Source: Balanoglossus misakiensis
Taxonomy: Eukaryota; Animalia; Hemichordata
Direction of reading: 5' to 3'
DNA: 64,000 bases
Assembly (NCBI GenBank): GCA_040954595.2
Contig: CM082576.2
Location: 1,164,648-1,228,647 of the forward strand
The position numbers were made by a program, and so were the translations under genes. The notes under the pieces were generated by a model that made no database searches, was not told the DNA's origin, and saw only the letters and a list, made by a program, of their open reading frames with translations. Of the stretch, positions 18,301 to 33,300 are shown piece by piece. The number at the start of each line of letters is the position of its first letter. Position 1 is the stretch's first letter.

Positions 18301-21300
18301 GTATTGTATCAGGAGTGGTCTGGGGAAAACACTGATGCATATAGAGAAACAATCACCGTCACATCGACAACATTTGTTTAATGGGAGAGGTTTCTAATGG
18401 TCAGCCACATTTTTCACTAAGACATGTTTCCTAACAGCATGAGATAACTCAGCTTGTCTGAGAACTTTAGTAAGTTGGGCCAAACTTGATGTGTAAAGCA
18501 CAGCACTACCTTAAGTAGTCTGCATTATGAGTTGATAAAGTAGACTAATTTAGGGATTAAAGTCCAAGTTTTGTTAGCGGGAGAGGAGGTCCTTTGACAT
18601 ACTCTATGAAGTCGTCCGTTGAGAATTGAATTTCCAAAACAAGTCTTGGTCCTCTTACAGAAAATTAGAAATCAATGATGCATGAAAACCAGACATTTGA
18701 ACCCTAAATTTCAATCCTTGAAAATAATTGTTTGGCTTGTGCCTTGGCTTGTGTAATGAATAAGATCGCATAATAATGCATGTAATGATTTTTGGCCAAG
18801 ATGCATCTAAGCTACATGTACATGTAGTGTCTGTTAGTTTATCCCCAATGAACAGGAGATGTTTTTCAAAAAAATTCAGAACCATACAACTTGCAAACTG
18901 TGCATTCAATAACATGGGCAATTTGCCCCAAGATATACCGGTACATGTACGTGATAAAGTAAACATGATTGAAATCCATGATTGAGTGAAATGACCTGGC
19001 AGTACTACAGTGGCACACAGGTCAGTATTTCATGTTCACAAGAGTTGAACTGGCACAGGTTTTGTGTTCCTTTATGGTATAAACTAACTGTTATATCATT
19101 GTGCCTTAAATCTACATACGAAAAGAGAGAGAATGACATGAAAAAGTTTTAGATTGCCGTAAAGGCTTTATTAGTGATTCCATATTCACTGCACTTTCAG
19201 TCACCTCTTAATTGTGGTAAAAAATTCTCACTTCTGTGAATTGTTGACAGTTAGGCAGGCAGTCAAGTGTGTGTAAATGATTTGTGCTTTGAACTGAGAA
19301 GAAACAGAGTTGGCGGCATAGTGTCCTCAATAGAAATCCATGTGCTTACTCAATCTCTTTTGAAATACTAGAGAAGGGCTTTCACAGACCCCGCCAGTGT
19401 ATAGTGGATTGATGTCACCGCTATCTATTGTTGTGAACTGATGTTTTTATGCACTGTGATCCAAAGCGCCTCGTCACTGAACACCTGAATCAGCAGTGAG
19501 GTTTTTAGGAAGTAATAAAGTTGAAACCAGTTTCTGTTTTGTTATTTTAGTTCTAATACTAAGCTTCAGTTACAGTGCAGGATGGCCTGTATGAGTATGG
19601 CAGAATGTCTGGCCTTGGGACCACATTCCCAGTCCGCCATACTCTCAGACAAGTGGCAATTATGAGAACTTTATGCCCCAGCCCCATAGGATATTGTTAC
19701 AGCCACCTAACCCTTCTAAGTGTATTTCTCTGAAATTACCGCATTTTACTGTGTTCCTAATCATCACTGTGTGCATTGATTAGGCACCTTACTCACAGGA
19801 AAACTTGTCCATATACAAATATTGCAGAGATACATGCCACACCCTAGCTTTCACACCATTATAATTATTATGAATCAACCAGGAGATACAGGGGCACAGC
19901 TGTACAGGTATGTGACAAAGGGCAAGGTCAGAATTTTAGGTTGCATAACCCTTGGTGTGAGAGGTGGTGTTTTCTACAGCTTATGATAGTTTAGTCATGT
20001 GTCAAGTCATGTGTACATTTAAGTGGTTGATCTCCAGGGCTTCACTCAGTTGTTTCTTTCCAACCATTTCACCATCAGATTTGTAAATGTATGATTATGC
20101 TTTCAAAACTTTCACCTGATCTAATGTAGCGATGAAATAATGATAAAGATGCCTCCCCATAAAGTGTGTGTACCTAGTTGTGTTTCTTGTGTCATACCAT
20201 TGTACATCTGTGGATTTGCACATGCATGTTAATTGCTGTCAGATGAACACTGTGAAAACATTAGACTCAGGAGATATACCATTGCATAACACACCTTCAG
20301 GTACATGCATTCTGTGCAACTGTGTGTTGATATGACAACTTTGGTCTCGTGTGCCAGTGATTGAAGTTTGAGCTTCCATTCATTGCCTCCTTTTTAAATG
20401 ACATTCACTGTCGTATCGATTGTGGTGATATTGTTACATGTTTGATCAGTGACTATACAAAGGTCAGGAAAGCAATTATATTGAGCATATAGTGTTTAGT
20501 CTCCAATTTCAATGTTTTGAAACAGGAAGTGAAAGTTATATTTTGTATAAGTACTGTTGTATTATATCTCACATTTTCCTTATGAAGGTCGTAGTTCTAG
20601 CTGTTGTCTTAATTGTGATACACTCTTCACCAAGTTGGGATAATATTATTTTAATATCTACTGAAAAGCACCCATTTCCATCATCAGAAGATGTTGGAAA
20701 AAGTTTAAAGTTTGCTGCACCAAAAATCAACTCCAGCCAACAGTGATGTCACCTCTGGTTTGAACCTTTGAAGTAAACTAGTGTCTTGAAAAGCACACAG
20801 CACCACAGGTAATCCATCACTAAAATTGATTAAAAATTCATAAAGGTATTAAAAATTCAGTAATTCATATACATGTATAATTCCTCCAACATCTAACATG
20901 CATATAGCCATGGTAACAGTTATGGATACTGTGAGCACTCTTTCAAGTAATCATGAACTGAAACCAGCAGACCATAACACTGCATTCATCTGAAACTTTC
21001 AGTATGACCAGTGTTTTCAACTGTGAGAGAGAAAATATTGAGGTTATGAATGGTATGAAAAAAGATATCATTTGTGTAAATGGTTAGTCTTCACACACAT
21101 GTAGCCAAACACCAACAGTGTTTATCACAAAACAGTTTGGTTTGATGTAAAATATGCCACTGGGTTTTTGTTGCATCACATGTTGGGAATGCAAAGTAGT
21201 TTTGACGCATGATTGCATTGCAGTCACTAATAATGACCCAGGTCCAGTTCTAGTTGAGCTCCTTCTGTCACTTCATGCATGCTCTCCTTTTTACCCTTCT

Positions 21301-24300
21301 TTGATCTGCCAATTTTTTTTGGAATGTGTCAATATTTGCACTATACCACCACTCTACCATGCAGCAGCACTTGACAAACATTGTGGTGGTATCGAGACTT
21401 CATTATTTGATTGTGCTTTGCTGGATCTGTAAGGCAAAAAATTTACATTTACTTTTTCTTCTGGTCTTTTTAATACAAAAGATCAACTTGGCATACCTGT
21501 ATTGATGGAGTTTGCTGAGTGAGTAATCTGAGTATGGAATACAGTGAAAGCAACAAATCGGAGGAAGATTTTATTCTGAATTAAATCTCCAAGTTTATTG
21601 TGGAGAAAGTGACTAGAAAAATTTGTTGAAATTCAGTAAGGTCCGTGTGCATGTGACTGATAATAAGAATTTACCAGGTTTCAGATTGTAGACGTCATCA
21701 GGTTAGGTCATTAAAGTGAGATTGAGTCATTGAAATTGATCTGATAATGATTAATGTAAGGATGTTCTTACTGGCAATCAATCTGAACTGCCATTTATAA
21801 AAGAAATGATTTAGTGTGAAATCCTACTTTCTTGGCAATTTGTTTCCTTCCTAGATAACATGAATTGAATCAACTTTTATTATTAATCAAGTTCAACTAG
21901 AATCTGTAAAGCCATGTCTGCTTTTCACAGAACTCAATAATCTTTTATGGGAGACGTTGATAGGTTTCAATTTTTTTTAGTCACAACAATCAGGAAAATC
22001 ATTGTGTGTTTTCCCCTATCTGTATTAAATTAATACCGGTAGTTATTGTGCTATGAGCATTTAGTCCTAATTAGTGTATCCAATTTATTACCACTTAAAG
22101 TATTGATCGGCATGGTAACAGGGCATCCAGTGATACATGTATCGAGAATGTTGGGGAAAGTTTATTACGAAGATTTAATGGTTGATCTTGTCAGTCTCCA
22201 GGATACCTGTGTCACTGAAGGTTACTTAATGAGAAAGGAAGATGAATTGCCTTAAAGATGAAACAGGATCTTTTCAGTATCATTGTTGAGTTGAACCAAA
22301 AGAACTGGCTTTTTGTTGTTAGCCATAAAGACAGGAGACAATTTTATTTTTACTAAAGAGTTCATTTGCATGTTATTATAGAGGAAACTGCACATTTAAC
22401 AAGATCACAAATGATTTGTTTACCATATGTACAGTTTAACTATGATTTGACCTTTTAAAAAATCTTTTTTTTTGACATAGTTCCCTAATAGTGGCCATTT
22501 ACCTGGTAGACCACTGTGGTTTGACTACCCTCATCATATATTTCTAGCTTTGTCTGAAGTGGTTGAGCCATCATAATTTTCTTCTGTTGATTGACATATC
22601 ATACTGCCCTGTACAGACAAGGGTTCTGTGAGTGACGTATTGGGCAAGCTGTAGTCGAGTCTAGTACGTCACTCGCTGCACTTGAGTCCATACAGAGCCA
22701 TATTTTGTGAATAACCCCTTTCTACATAAATACCCATTTTACGTCATTTGTGGGTTGAAGAGATGCACCACAATGTGAATGGAAACATTCAACCAAAAAT
22801 AGAACATTTCAGTCACACTTCACACGCTCTATGTCACATGCGTATGCACACACGTCATCCGTATTGGGACTACATGTAAATACAAATACAGCAATGTATT
22901 GTAGGATAGAACGCCATAGGTGTATAATAGTATATCTTTATCAATTATGCATCTTCATATTTACCGTGTATACATGATAATAAAGTGAAACAAAATTGAA
23001 GCCCAACAAGCATCATCATCGACATCTTGAAATTTAGCATTCATCAAGGAGAGCCTCAAAACTAAATTCAATTTTCCAGCATCAAACGAAATCCCTTAAA
23101 CAGCAAAATCTGTGCATTGTCAAACCATAAACCAAGAAATATATATAACCCTGGGTCTGTTAGTAGATCACGCCGACTGTTACTGGGATGAGAATGGATA
23201 AGAAGTGTGGCCTTCATTTCAAGAGGGTGTGACACAAGTCATGTGATTATGAAAAGATCACAGCAACTCTGTGTGATTAAGGAACAGTGAAGATTTGACA
23301 ATTCCAGAAATTGTCCAAATTTCAAATCTTCAAAAATTTTGTGGGGGATTTTTTTGTCAGACAACACGAATGACTATTATGAATAAACGATCCATGCAAA
23401 CATGACCAAGATGTTTATGATATACCTACTGTAAGTAGGACAGATCATTTCCTGTATCAGTCAAGCAAATTTTGTCTCATTTTGACATTTTCAAGTACAC
23501 TTTGATCATATCATATGAGAAGTATCTTTGCCCTATGGGTGTATATTTTATGTCACAAGTTTGGAAGTACCACCCTCACTCAGAACATAAATTATTTACA
23601 TTTTTTCATCTGTCATATTTATGTAGTCCCAGGGATGCCATTTCTTACTTAATCTGATCTTCTTCAGCGCATATCAAGGCACTGCAATGCAATAATATAC
23701 AGCCGTAATAAAACCAGCAGCATTACTGAAAAACGCAATCAGCAAATGGAGGACTTGATGTCTTTGCAATTGGCAAATCCTGTCCAGAAGCGGATTTGCG
23801 AGGTCATCCATATTGGCATCTGCACGGTGTGTGAGTCCTCTGTAAAGTGGCATATATATGAAAACTTGAATTATTTAAGAGGTTTTATTTATTATCTCTT
23901 TCCCAGGGATGCTATATATTTCATGCATCCTTGAGAGCTGTGAATGTATTGAGAGACTACAATACAACATCATTTGATTAGCTCAAAGCCTTTGGGATGT
24001 GATGCTTGTATAGTATTGTGCTTGTACCATTGCACCAGGACCGTGTTTACCTCATTTGTAATTATACTTACCCCTGATGACACCATTTCTCAAATAAGCC
24101 TAACCTAATTTACAAAACATTAAGAACCAAATATAAAAACAACAGAACTGAACTGAACATGCAGCAGGGTGCATTTGGAACCTTGTCGGCATAGCAACCA
24201 ATATGTGCCCTGAATCCCCAAGTAACCCTGAAAATTGCTAAAAAAAACACAAGCCTAGAATTTGAAGGTCTTGAATCTAATTTTCCCAAATGCATGGATT

Positions 24301-27300
24301 TAGTATAACTACATGGTAATCATCTTTGCCCTGTTGTCAGTACCAGTTTATAAAGACAAGCATGGAAGAAACAGGTCAGTCAGCTTTAAGTACAGGCAAT
24401 CAACATCACCCTGCCATGTCAGTGACAATTGGTAAACCAGAATGGTCACCATGTCGCTCAACACCACTGACTGACTGACTGACTGACTGACCGACTGACT
24501 CCACACCTGAACACACCAAATCCTGCCAACCTCGGTCAACACCCAGAGTTCTAGCAGACGACTTGTATTGCAACTTATGCCTGGCCTAAAGGCACTGCAA
24601 AATCCCAGCAACACAAGCAGATCAAGTTGATACATACTGCCAGCAATAAATGAGAAAAGCACACCAAGATGTCATTCAACAATCAGGAAGCTGGTATGAA
24701 CTTTACAAGAAGATTATGGTCAGAATGTGTAATATAATTATGAGCATGGTCTCTATGGAAACAAATATTTCTATTTCTGATGTATAGCAGAAAGAAATCA
24801 AGCATATTCATGTCTTGCCTGCTAACTGCCAATTATCAAGAGATCCAATATTTCAGGTAGATGTTGTTGTCAGAGATCTTTGGCCATCATTGAATCCTTT
24901 TCCATTGAACTCAAACAGGTGTACAGTGCAGACATCCAGATGTCAACAATTGCCACAGTCAAACAGTTGTGTAATGTTGAACTTTGAGATAATTATCCTA
25001 CTTTGCCTCATCCTTGAGTTTGTGTTATTCAGATGGTTACCATGATGGCTAATTCATCTCGGCCATTAGCCAGTGGAAGTCTCCATTAGCATGTGATTCT
25101 AGCCTTTTGTTTTGTAAGTCACAAAGGTCATTGGTCTATGGAGCATTCTTTGCTTCAATGATCAGATTGATTAGTAGTTTAGCCAGACGTCTGGAAGTAC
25201 AGGTAGTATAGCCCCAAGGTTCCGGGTTTACATACACTCTATTGATTTTTCTGATCTTATTTACAGAATATGTAGTCTTGCAATAAATCACAGGACAGCC
25301 TTGTAATGATCTTCCTTATCTTGTAACATCATCCTACTGGTTGTATTCTTATGATCCAACTGTCATTCCCAAAACTGTTTGAGTGTCGATACATTGTAAA
25401 TGTGCTTGACATAAGAAAGTAGTCTGTGATGCACCTTTGTTTGACTTGTTAGTAGATGTATCTTTGAAAGAAAAAGCCACAGAGAATGTGAAGGCACAGA
25501 ATGTCTCTAGTCTTGAAACAAACATTTGCACATCCATTAAATTTGCATACTGTATTTAATTTTCTGAGCACAAACAACTTAACTTGTCTTTTGTAGAAAG
25601 ATGGCATATCCTCTGGTAAAGTGTACACGTATTGAATACAAAGTCAACAGTAGCTATTGATTAGCAGCTGTTGATGTTGATGAAATATTGACTTACAATG
25701 TTCGCCATTTGCCATCATTCATCCAGTATTCATGCAGGTGTACATGTATCAAGCTTCATACAGGTGTTTTGTTACTATAAAGGGCATTGAAATTTGATTA
25801 CTTAGTGTCACAGTTTTCGTAAATTGAATGATGTTGAATAAGAATCCCAGGGGATTGTCCCTGCAAGATTGATGGATGGATGATCTCTTGAGAGTGTGTG
25901 CAGTCATATATGTACTGAAGTGATGTGTTACATGTAACACAGAACTCAGTTTACACATAAACCCAGAGCCTATGGTTTACATAACAATCCTGTTGGGTGG
26001 AGTTTAATCATGTACATTGTACCCTGCATTGTACACTGTGTTGAAGTGGTCATTATATACTTGTGGGACACATTAATCACACATCTACATGTATGATACG
26101 TTCAATTGTTTTGGAGAGTGGTTGCGTGCTTGATCAATAAAACATTTCAGTCATATACTTGTGTGATGCAGTGTGTATCACATAGCTTTTCTGAATTTGA
26201 GTGATAAAATCATGTGTTAGTGAGATACAATATAATAAGCAAGTTCAGATTCAAGTCAGGACCTCAATCTAATATTTGTTTTAAAATTATTCTACCAACA
26301 TTCCTTGCCAGTAATCCCACTTCATCAAGGTAAACAATCTGAGAAGATAGTCTTAGCTAGGCTAAGGTTATTCTCTCTTCCCAAACAGTACATGCAGTCA
26401 CATGTATATCTGCCACCCTGGTCTAACTTAATACTTACCCCGTAATCAAATTCTCATATATTTTCATTTGTTTGCACACCACATGCATAATTGTTTTGTA
26501 TAAAGCATTACTCACGTTAATAATTAAGTGTTCTGATTGCAGCATACAAGAAGGCTTAAAACATGACCCAGTATGCTATTTATTATAGTTGTTGAAATGC
26601 ATTAATTATTGCTCTACATTGTTTGCCAATTCTTAAAGACATCTATGTAATACATGAATGTATATGAGCAATATTTCAGGATGCAGCATCCAAAACAGTG
26701 TGGGTGTCAATTGCTAATGGAATCATCATGAAGCAACAAGCTGTATTTGTTTTATTTATTTATAAATGACAACATACCAGCATCTCATTCAGACCCAGGC
26801 CTATTAATAGATTTTCAGTTAACAATTCACCACCATGGAATATGTACTGGAAAATTGCAATAGAAGTTATGGCTACATAGTCAGTATGTAGACCTAACAG
26901 TGGACATGTGACAATCGTTGGATATTCTTCTGTGAATTGGTTTGATTCAAGGTCTTGAAGTCACTTGTTGCAGTTACTCTCATTTTGTGTCACTCCAGTT
27001 TGGATGTTTGTGGTGCTATGCGCTCTCTCAAATTCTTTGCTGACTCTTTAACATGACATGGAATCTGTGCGCTAACCCATTCACCCCGTTCTCTGTATTC
27101 AAAGACCCAACATTCCCAAGTTAGGTGGAGATAAGATGGAACATATGGCATTCCATACTTCAAGAAGAAAAAGCTCAACTTTTTTTGCAATTTGTACTGG
27201 TAGAATTTTTTTAAAAGGGGCAAATGCCCTGAAGTCACCACCCATACATGTGCTAAATATAGATTGGGATTGACGTCACTAGAGGCTTAGAGTAAATAAT

Positions 27301-30300
27301 TTACCCAGTAACCAGTAAGTTTGGGGGTATGCCATCTTCTTAATGGTTCTGTGAAGCCATTGATTTAGTGGCCTATGACGTACCTCACTGCTCAATCACT
27401 CCTTCATATGCCAACTCAGAAAGAAAACATTTATTCAATCCTCAAAACCAAGACTAGCAAGTTGAACTCGATGGTTTAGAGTTGAGGAATCAACTTTGCT
27501 GTGACTTCTTGTGTTTATATTGAACTCTGTACTTGTTAGTGACCTTGTCAGGGTGTGTGAGTAGGGTGTAATATAATATTAGCATTGGGTCAACAAGGAT
27601 CTCAAATGTGTGCACTTGCTGTGGTAATATAAGTGGAACAGAAATATCACAAATGTATGAACCTGATATTCACACTCAAATTATGTAGGGTGTTGTAAAG
27701 TAAAACCTGTACAAACCAAAGCAGGTAACATTATATTCACCTTTCAAGCTCACCTGAGTGATTCTATAATAATTCACCAGATATAAATACATATCTTTTG
27801 CATGTACGGTAAACCGATATTTCATCATTATATAAATTTGTACCATGCTGCCTGCATGTAGACCAGCTACATTCGCAGTTCTGGATGTGGCAGCCTGGGT
27901 CTTGTGACCTGTAATGAAACTGGCAGTAGATTCAAATTAATGTTATTTGCCTGCAAATTAATCTTCTATAATTGTGTCAGTTACAAGGCAGTTTAATGAC
28001 TGAATAGCAAGTAATGTGACTTTTAAGTATTAATAAAGACATTAATTTGTTCTCTTGTGAAGATGATATGTATTGTGCTTTTTAGGGTCAAATCCATGGG
28101 GGGTCTCCACTCATACTCCGTAGACAACAAACAGCAACTGAATATTTTATACTTTAGGATGAACCGTAGGTTATTATCATCAAATAATCAGTAGTATTAC
28201 AAGGCAGAATGGGAAAAGATGGCCATGCATGTTTATCAATTTGTTTACCTTTTGTGTAGTGTAGAATTCAGAGAACAGATGGACAGGTTCCCTGGAGAGT
28301 CTATTCAGCAGATATGCTCACGTCAGACATAAAGAAATCCAAAACATGTTTTCTGAACTGAGTGATTTCACTGTAGAAGAGCTCTTTTGATTGACCTTGT
28401 AGATGTGTTTGTTTATTTTTAACATCCTCAAAAATACATTGTGATGTTTTCTTGTAAATGTTCTAGTCATAAAGCTCCCAGGAATTACCTTTTCACCTGA
28501 AAACATAAAAGAGGTGCATTTGGACATTTACTGAGATTTATTATTATGTTGATCTGCTGACTGGAATACATGTATACTGAATCACTGATTTCCAGAACTC
28601 AACTCACAGTTTTGTGACCAAAGATAAAACCCTCTTTTGAAGTTTCACCTTTGAGATTGATCCTCGGCAAATAAAGCAATCTTGTTTCATGCCGTGTCTC
28701 TGGGATGTTTATCATTCAGTCAAAATGTATGTCAACAGGTTATAATCGTGTATTATTGATTTTTTTCTTTTATGGTACATGTACTTCAGGTTCATTTGCA
28801 TAAAATAGAACTGATACTCAGTACATATCATGTGATATGGATTGGTTCATTGTGTGATTAATGTGTTACCTTGAAACTGATAAAGCTGAAACAAATAACA
28901 AAAAAGTATATCATAAAGCTAGTAAAAAATATTACTTTCCTCAATGTCAACTGAACTCAGTCGTAATCAGTTTATCTGTAAATAGTTGGATGGATATGGA
29001 GGGTACATATATTACTAAAAATGGATCCCTTTTCATGTCTTGCTAACACAAATGGTGTGAGTGACCAGAAAATACTTCTGGTTCACTTAAAACCCCACAT
29101 TTTTGCAAGTGAAAACAGATGTAGTTGAAAAATGACTCTTGGTTTATTGCAATTAAGTTTCTGCAAAAGTGCCACTTGGTGGCGCTATTAAAATACACAA
29201 AGTACAGAGCATGTCTCACCGCATGAGACATGCACTCAGGTAGAAATTTTACTATCTTCACATGACTTGTGATAGATATCAAATGCAAACATTGTCCCAT
29301 AAAATGACATGTCTCATTAAAGCAGACAAAGAAAAAACCTTTGGAGAAAGACATTACAAGTACCTGTAAATGTTTGATATCTATACATTGCATGTAAGCC
29401 TTGTTACCCTGGGTTATTCTAGTGACTCAAATCAAATTGCTACGTGAATGCTGGAAGGTCTGGTCTGATCACCTCAGTTGTATTTAGTGTTGTTTATAGT
29501 TGGAGTTTACTGTTTTTAGAATGCAGTCCATCAGAGTGAGAAATACATGTATGTGAGAAGTTTCTGCAAAGTATGCAGGCAAAAGTTCAAGCCAAGTTTT
29601 GTTTAGACTAACGGTAACCTTATACTGTAGAAAGTGGCTTTGAGTGTCATGCCTTTGAAAGAAACTTGAACATTTGGAAACTCAATAAGTTCTCTTAAAG
29701 TCCTGACTTGTGTATTGGTTGTACATCCATACTGTAAAATGGGTGCATCAGTTTGTGAATTTCTAAATTTGTAATGTAAAAATCAAATGTTATGACATGG
29801 ACTGTGTGAAATGTGTACCCTAACCTGTGTTAGTAAAGGTTTTAAGGAGGATATTTTTGTTAATGTCAGAAAAGAGAGAAAAATCTACAACCATATGTTT
29901 CTCTACTATAGCATTTGTGGGGTGGGGGGGGGGGGTAGTAGAGAAGGGAAGGGAGCAGGGGAGATCTCGAGAGAGAGTGCCATAGTTTGTATCTAATTAG
30001 ATATTCCCTTGGAGAGTTGAAACTTGAAGAGCGCCCTCTAACAGCTAGTGTGAAAACTATAAATTGCAAAGTTCCCCATGGGCCAGGGAGGTCTGTTTAA
30101 TTGCTCACATATCGTTAATCAAATTGAAATGTAAACTGTTTGGAAAGAATCAGCGTTGCAGTTCAGGATAGGAGGGTATACATGTAATGAGAAAGGAGTT
30201 CTTAACATACTTTCATCTAGGACAGTAGGACAGTGCCATACATACATCCCTTCTAGTATAAGATTGGTCATGTTCACAATAAGATTTCTGTTGATATTTA

Positions 30301-33300
30301 GCTCTCTTTCCTGTGATTTTTACACATAGCCCAGCTAAATGAAATTAAATTTGGTGGTTCAGTAAAATTGTATGGTCACCATGCTCAATTCTGAGATAAA
30401 CTTTGTTGAATGTGTTCACCCATAGAAAAACCCAATGGTGAAAATATGCTGATTCAGCAGATTTGTTCATTATCAACTGAATTCACAGCCCTGTATTCAA
30501 AGTATGGTGACCCCTATATTTTATTACAGATTTGTATTATGCCTACTAAGGAAGATCCTAAAATCCACAATTAGAAAAAATGACAATTCTTTCAATTTTA
30601 CTGATCATACTTCCCTAAAAATACACTGAGATATATTAATATTATACAGCTGTAGTATTTAGATTTAAAATAATGTTGCCCACCCATTTCCTCTCCCTTG
30701 CCATGTGTATATTGTTCTAATTGATAACTGTGCATCTGCATTGAGTGCTTGCATTTATAAAAAACATACACATTGTATACATGTTATTCATTTGTGTATA
30801 TTTTATTTTAGAAAAACCGACAGGATCACTGAGTGTAATTAAGTTGCCACTACTGTCACTGAAATCAATGTTTTTTACACGTGGTGAAATGTCATGTCTG
30901 TCTGCTACGTATGATTTGCCATTGACGTCAGTTCTTATCTCCCAGTGTTATTGTAGGTCATTCCCACACAGTCATAATTCAATACTTCCACACATACGTC
31001 TTGCTCTTGTTGTCTTGTGATGATTGTAGTTTCTATGGCAACACTTACATGTAGTGGATATCTGTCATTACTTTATTCTGGTGGTAGGCTTTATTGAATG
31101 GATTCTGTCTGTCTCGTTTATACATCCTTCCTGGTTCCATCCCTCTGCAGTCATTACAATGTATTGAGAAATGTCTGAATGGATTCCATTTAACATGCCT
31201 TGACTGATTTTATTCCACCGTGATTTCCTCCAATGTTCTCAATCCATTAATCCAGTGGTGACTTGTCATTAACAATGATGTTCATGTAACAGTGGTGACA
31301 ACATTACAATGTTAATGCTTTTGTGTCTGAATCAGGACCAACATAATTCAAAGCGTCTTTTCTCGTGCAAATGTCAATAGTGAGAGCACTAATTGGGATA
31401 ATACATCCACACAACCATTTTAGTCCAGCCCAAATTTTAGCCCAGACATAAACCCCCTCCAAGCCTAGATTAAAGTAGTCCAACTAATAATAAACAAGTA
31501 TCTGGAGAATTAATTTGCAAACTTGAACTCTATTTGGGTAATTGCTGGTGTATGTCCATTTAATTCTTCAGTTAAATGTAAGGTACCCTGTCGTTGACAT
31601 CCCCTGACAACCTGCTGGTTCCTGCATGACCCTGTAATTGATGGTGGTTATAATTTCAATTTTATTGCTCCAATTAGTGTCACTTGTGTGGGTTGTTAAG
31701 AGTGTGGTGAGGTGTAAGATTGCCTGGTTGATAGCTGTAACTGACTGTGATGTCATAAAAACTTATACATGACAAGACTTACCTATGCCTATGTAACTTA
31801 CATGTAAGTCTTGTCTGGATTTATTCCAGTATTTTATAATACAAAATGGTGGACTCAAAAATTCCTTGTCTTGACATTTTCATTTAATGGATACAGGCTT
31901 TTACTATAGAAACAGTGTGCAGCTGAAGCGTCAGGCAGGGCATAAAGTAATTTCTATCTTCAGCCAAAGTGACGACATTTATGTTTATTCTTATCACTTG
32001 TCATGATTATCTGCCACTATCATTTTTAAAGAAAAAAGAGCCCTTTGGGAAGATTTTTTTATATCAAATTTCAAAGAGAAACAGGAGGGCATTAATCTGT
32101 TTTTGACAAATATTATTTTCTTGATAGAGATATGTTCACTTGATCTTATTTGCAAATGATCAATGTAGTTCCCATAATTTTTCTGATCCTACGGCAATAT
32201 CAAACCAAAATTGTCCCTCTGTCCTAATTCTGTGCCAGATTGTAAAACTACGGTGCTTGTTAAAAAAAGCAGGATGAAACTATTGTTGATTGCCAATTAT
32301 TGATAAGGTTTATAATATAAAGCACAGGTAGTAGTTGGGGTCTTTCCAATCACCTATAAAAATTTTAGTTTTGTTCTTTGCTCCACCCCTACCGAGGTAT
32401 CACTCATTGGATGCAGCCACGGTAACTGTTATTCTGTCATTGACCAATAATAAGAAGTGTACAATACATGTACTTGTATCTTATCATAGGCAGTATGTGC
32501 AGTATTGTAAAATTACGTAAGAATGTTGTATAGCTCCACACATGAGGATAAATGATTATCTGAGTGTCAAACAAAAATGATGTCATCAGAATAGTGTTAT
32601 GCTTTTCACTGCCTGTGTTATATGCAGCACCTAGTGGAGAATTAAGTAGTAGGTGGAGTCGACCCTTACAAAGGAAGAATAGAAGTGGGCTCACCATCAT
32701 CTGAAACTGCCACCCCTCCCATCTACGAGATTTTGGAATGTTCCACTTTCTTTTCATTCTTTTATGTTGATATATTGGAAGCCACACCACACAGGTCGTT
32801 CAGTGGGATAGGTTGTGTTTTTATAACGTGGAGATCTGCAACTGCGATTGGTCCTTGTTAGGCTATAAACCAACCGTTCCGTCTTGAGAACAAATTATAT
32901 CATCAACCTTGGATGTACTGGAACCTTGTTTATACCATCAGAATTTTTTATGCTGGTTGTATTCTTTTGGACTCAGTGAGCTGATGACCATTGTACAGAA
33001 GACCGGCCGATGACAGAGTGGTGCCGTATAGACTTTTATAGTGCTTGGGGTGGTTTCAGTGACCTTAAGGGTCTGTCTATTGTAGAAACTGTCCAATCAG
33101 GTGTATCACTGCACTGACTTTGGCTGTCTGCTGTTACAATCCCAGTCCACCTGCTGTCGTCATGTCATATAGTTTCAAACCTTGAGAGGTCAACCCTGCA
33201 GTGACTCTGTTTTCTTGCTTAATTACTTCAACCATGTCAAATCCCACGCAAATAACCAACGACGAAGACATGGCCACCACTACAACCACTGCGGACAGCA

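Noticed and set aside
23290-23940. 62-aa ORF with a GTGAGT donor at 23831 and a short direct repeat TCCCAGGGATGC
   Set aside because: The donor is phase 1 and incompatible with the phase-0 ITPK acceptor. The region may be an old repeat remnant, but I cannot define its ends.
30361-30525. Weak inverted similarity around GGTCACCAT / ATGGTGACC
   Set aside because: Too degenerate to call an element without a repeat library.
31771-31815. 12-bp perfect inverted repeat GACAAGACTTAC / GTAAGTCTTGTC
   Set aside because: Short, isolated and without target duplication or other support. The 10-bp hairpin at 35545-35568 was set aside for the same reason.
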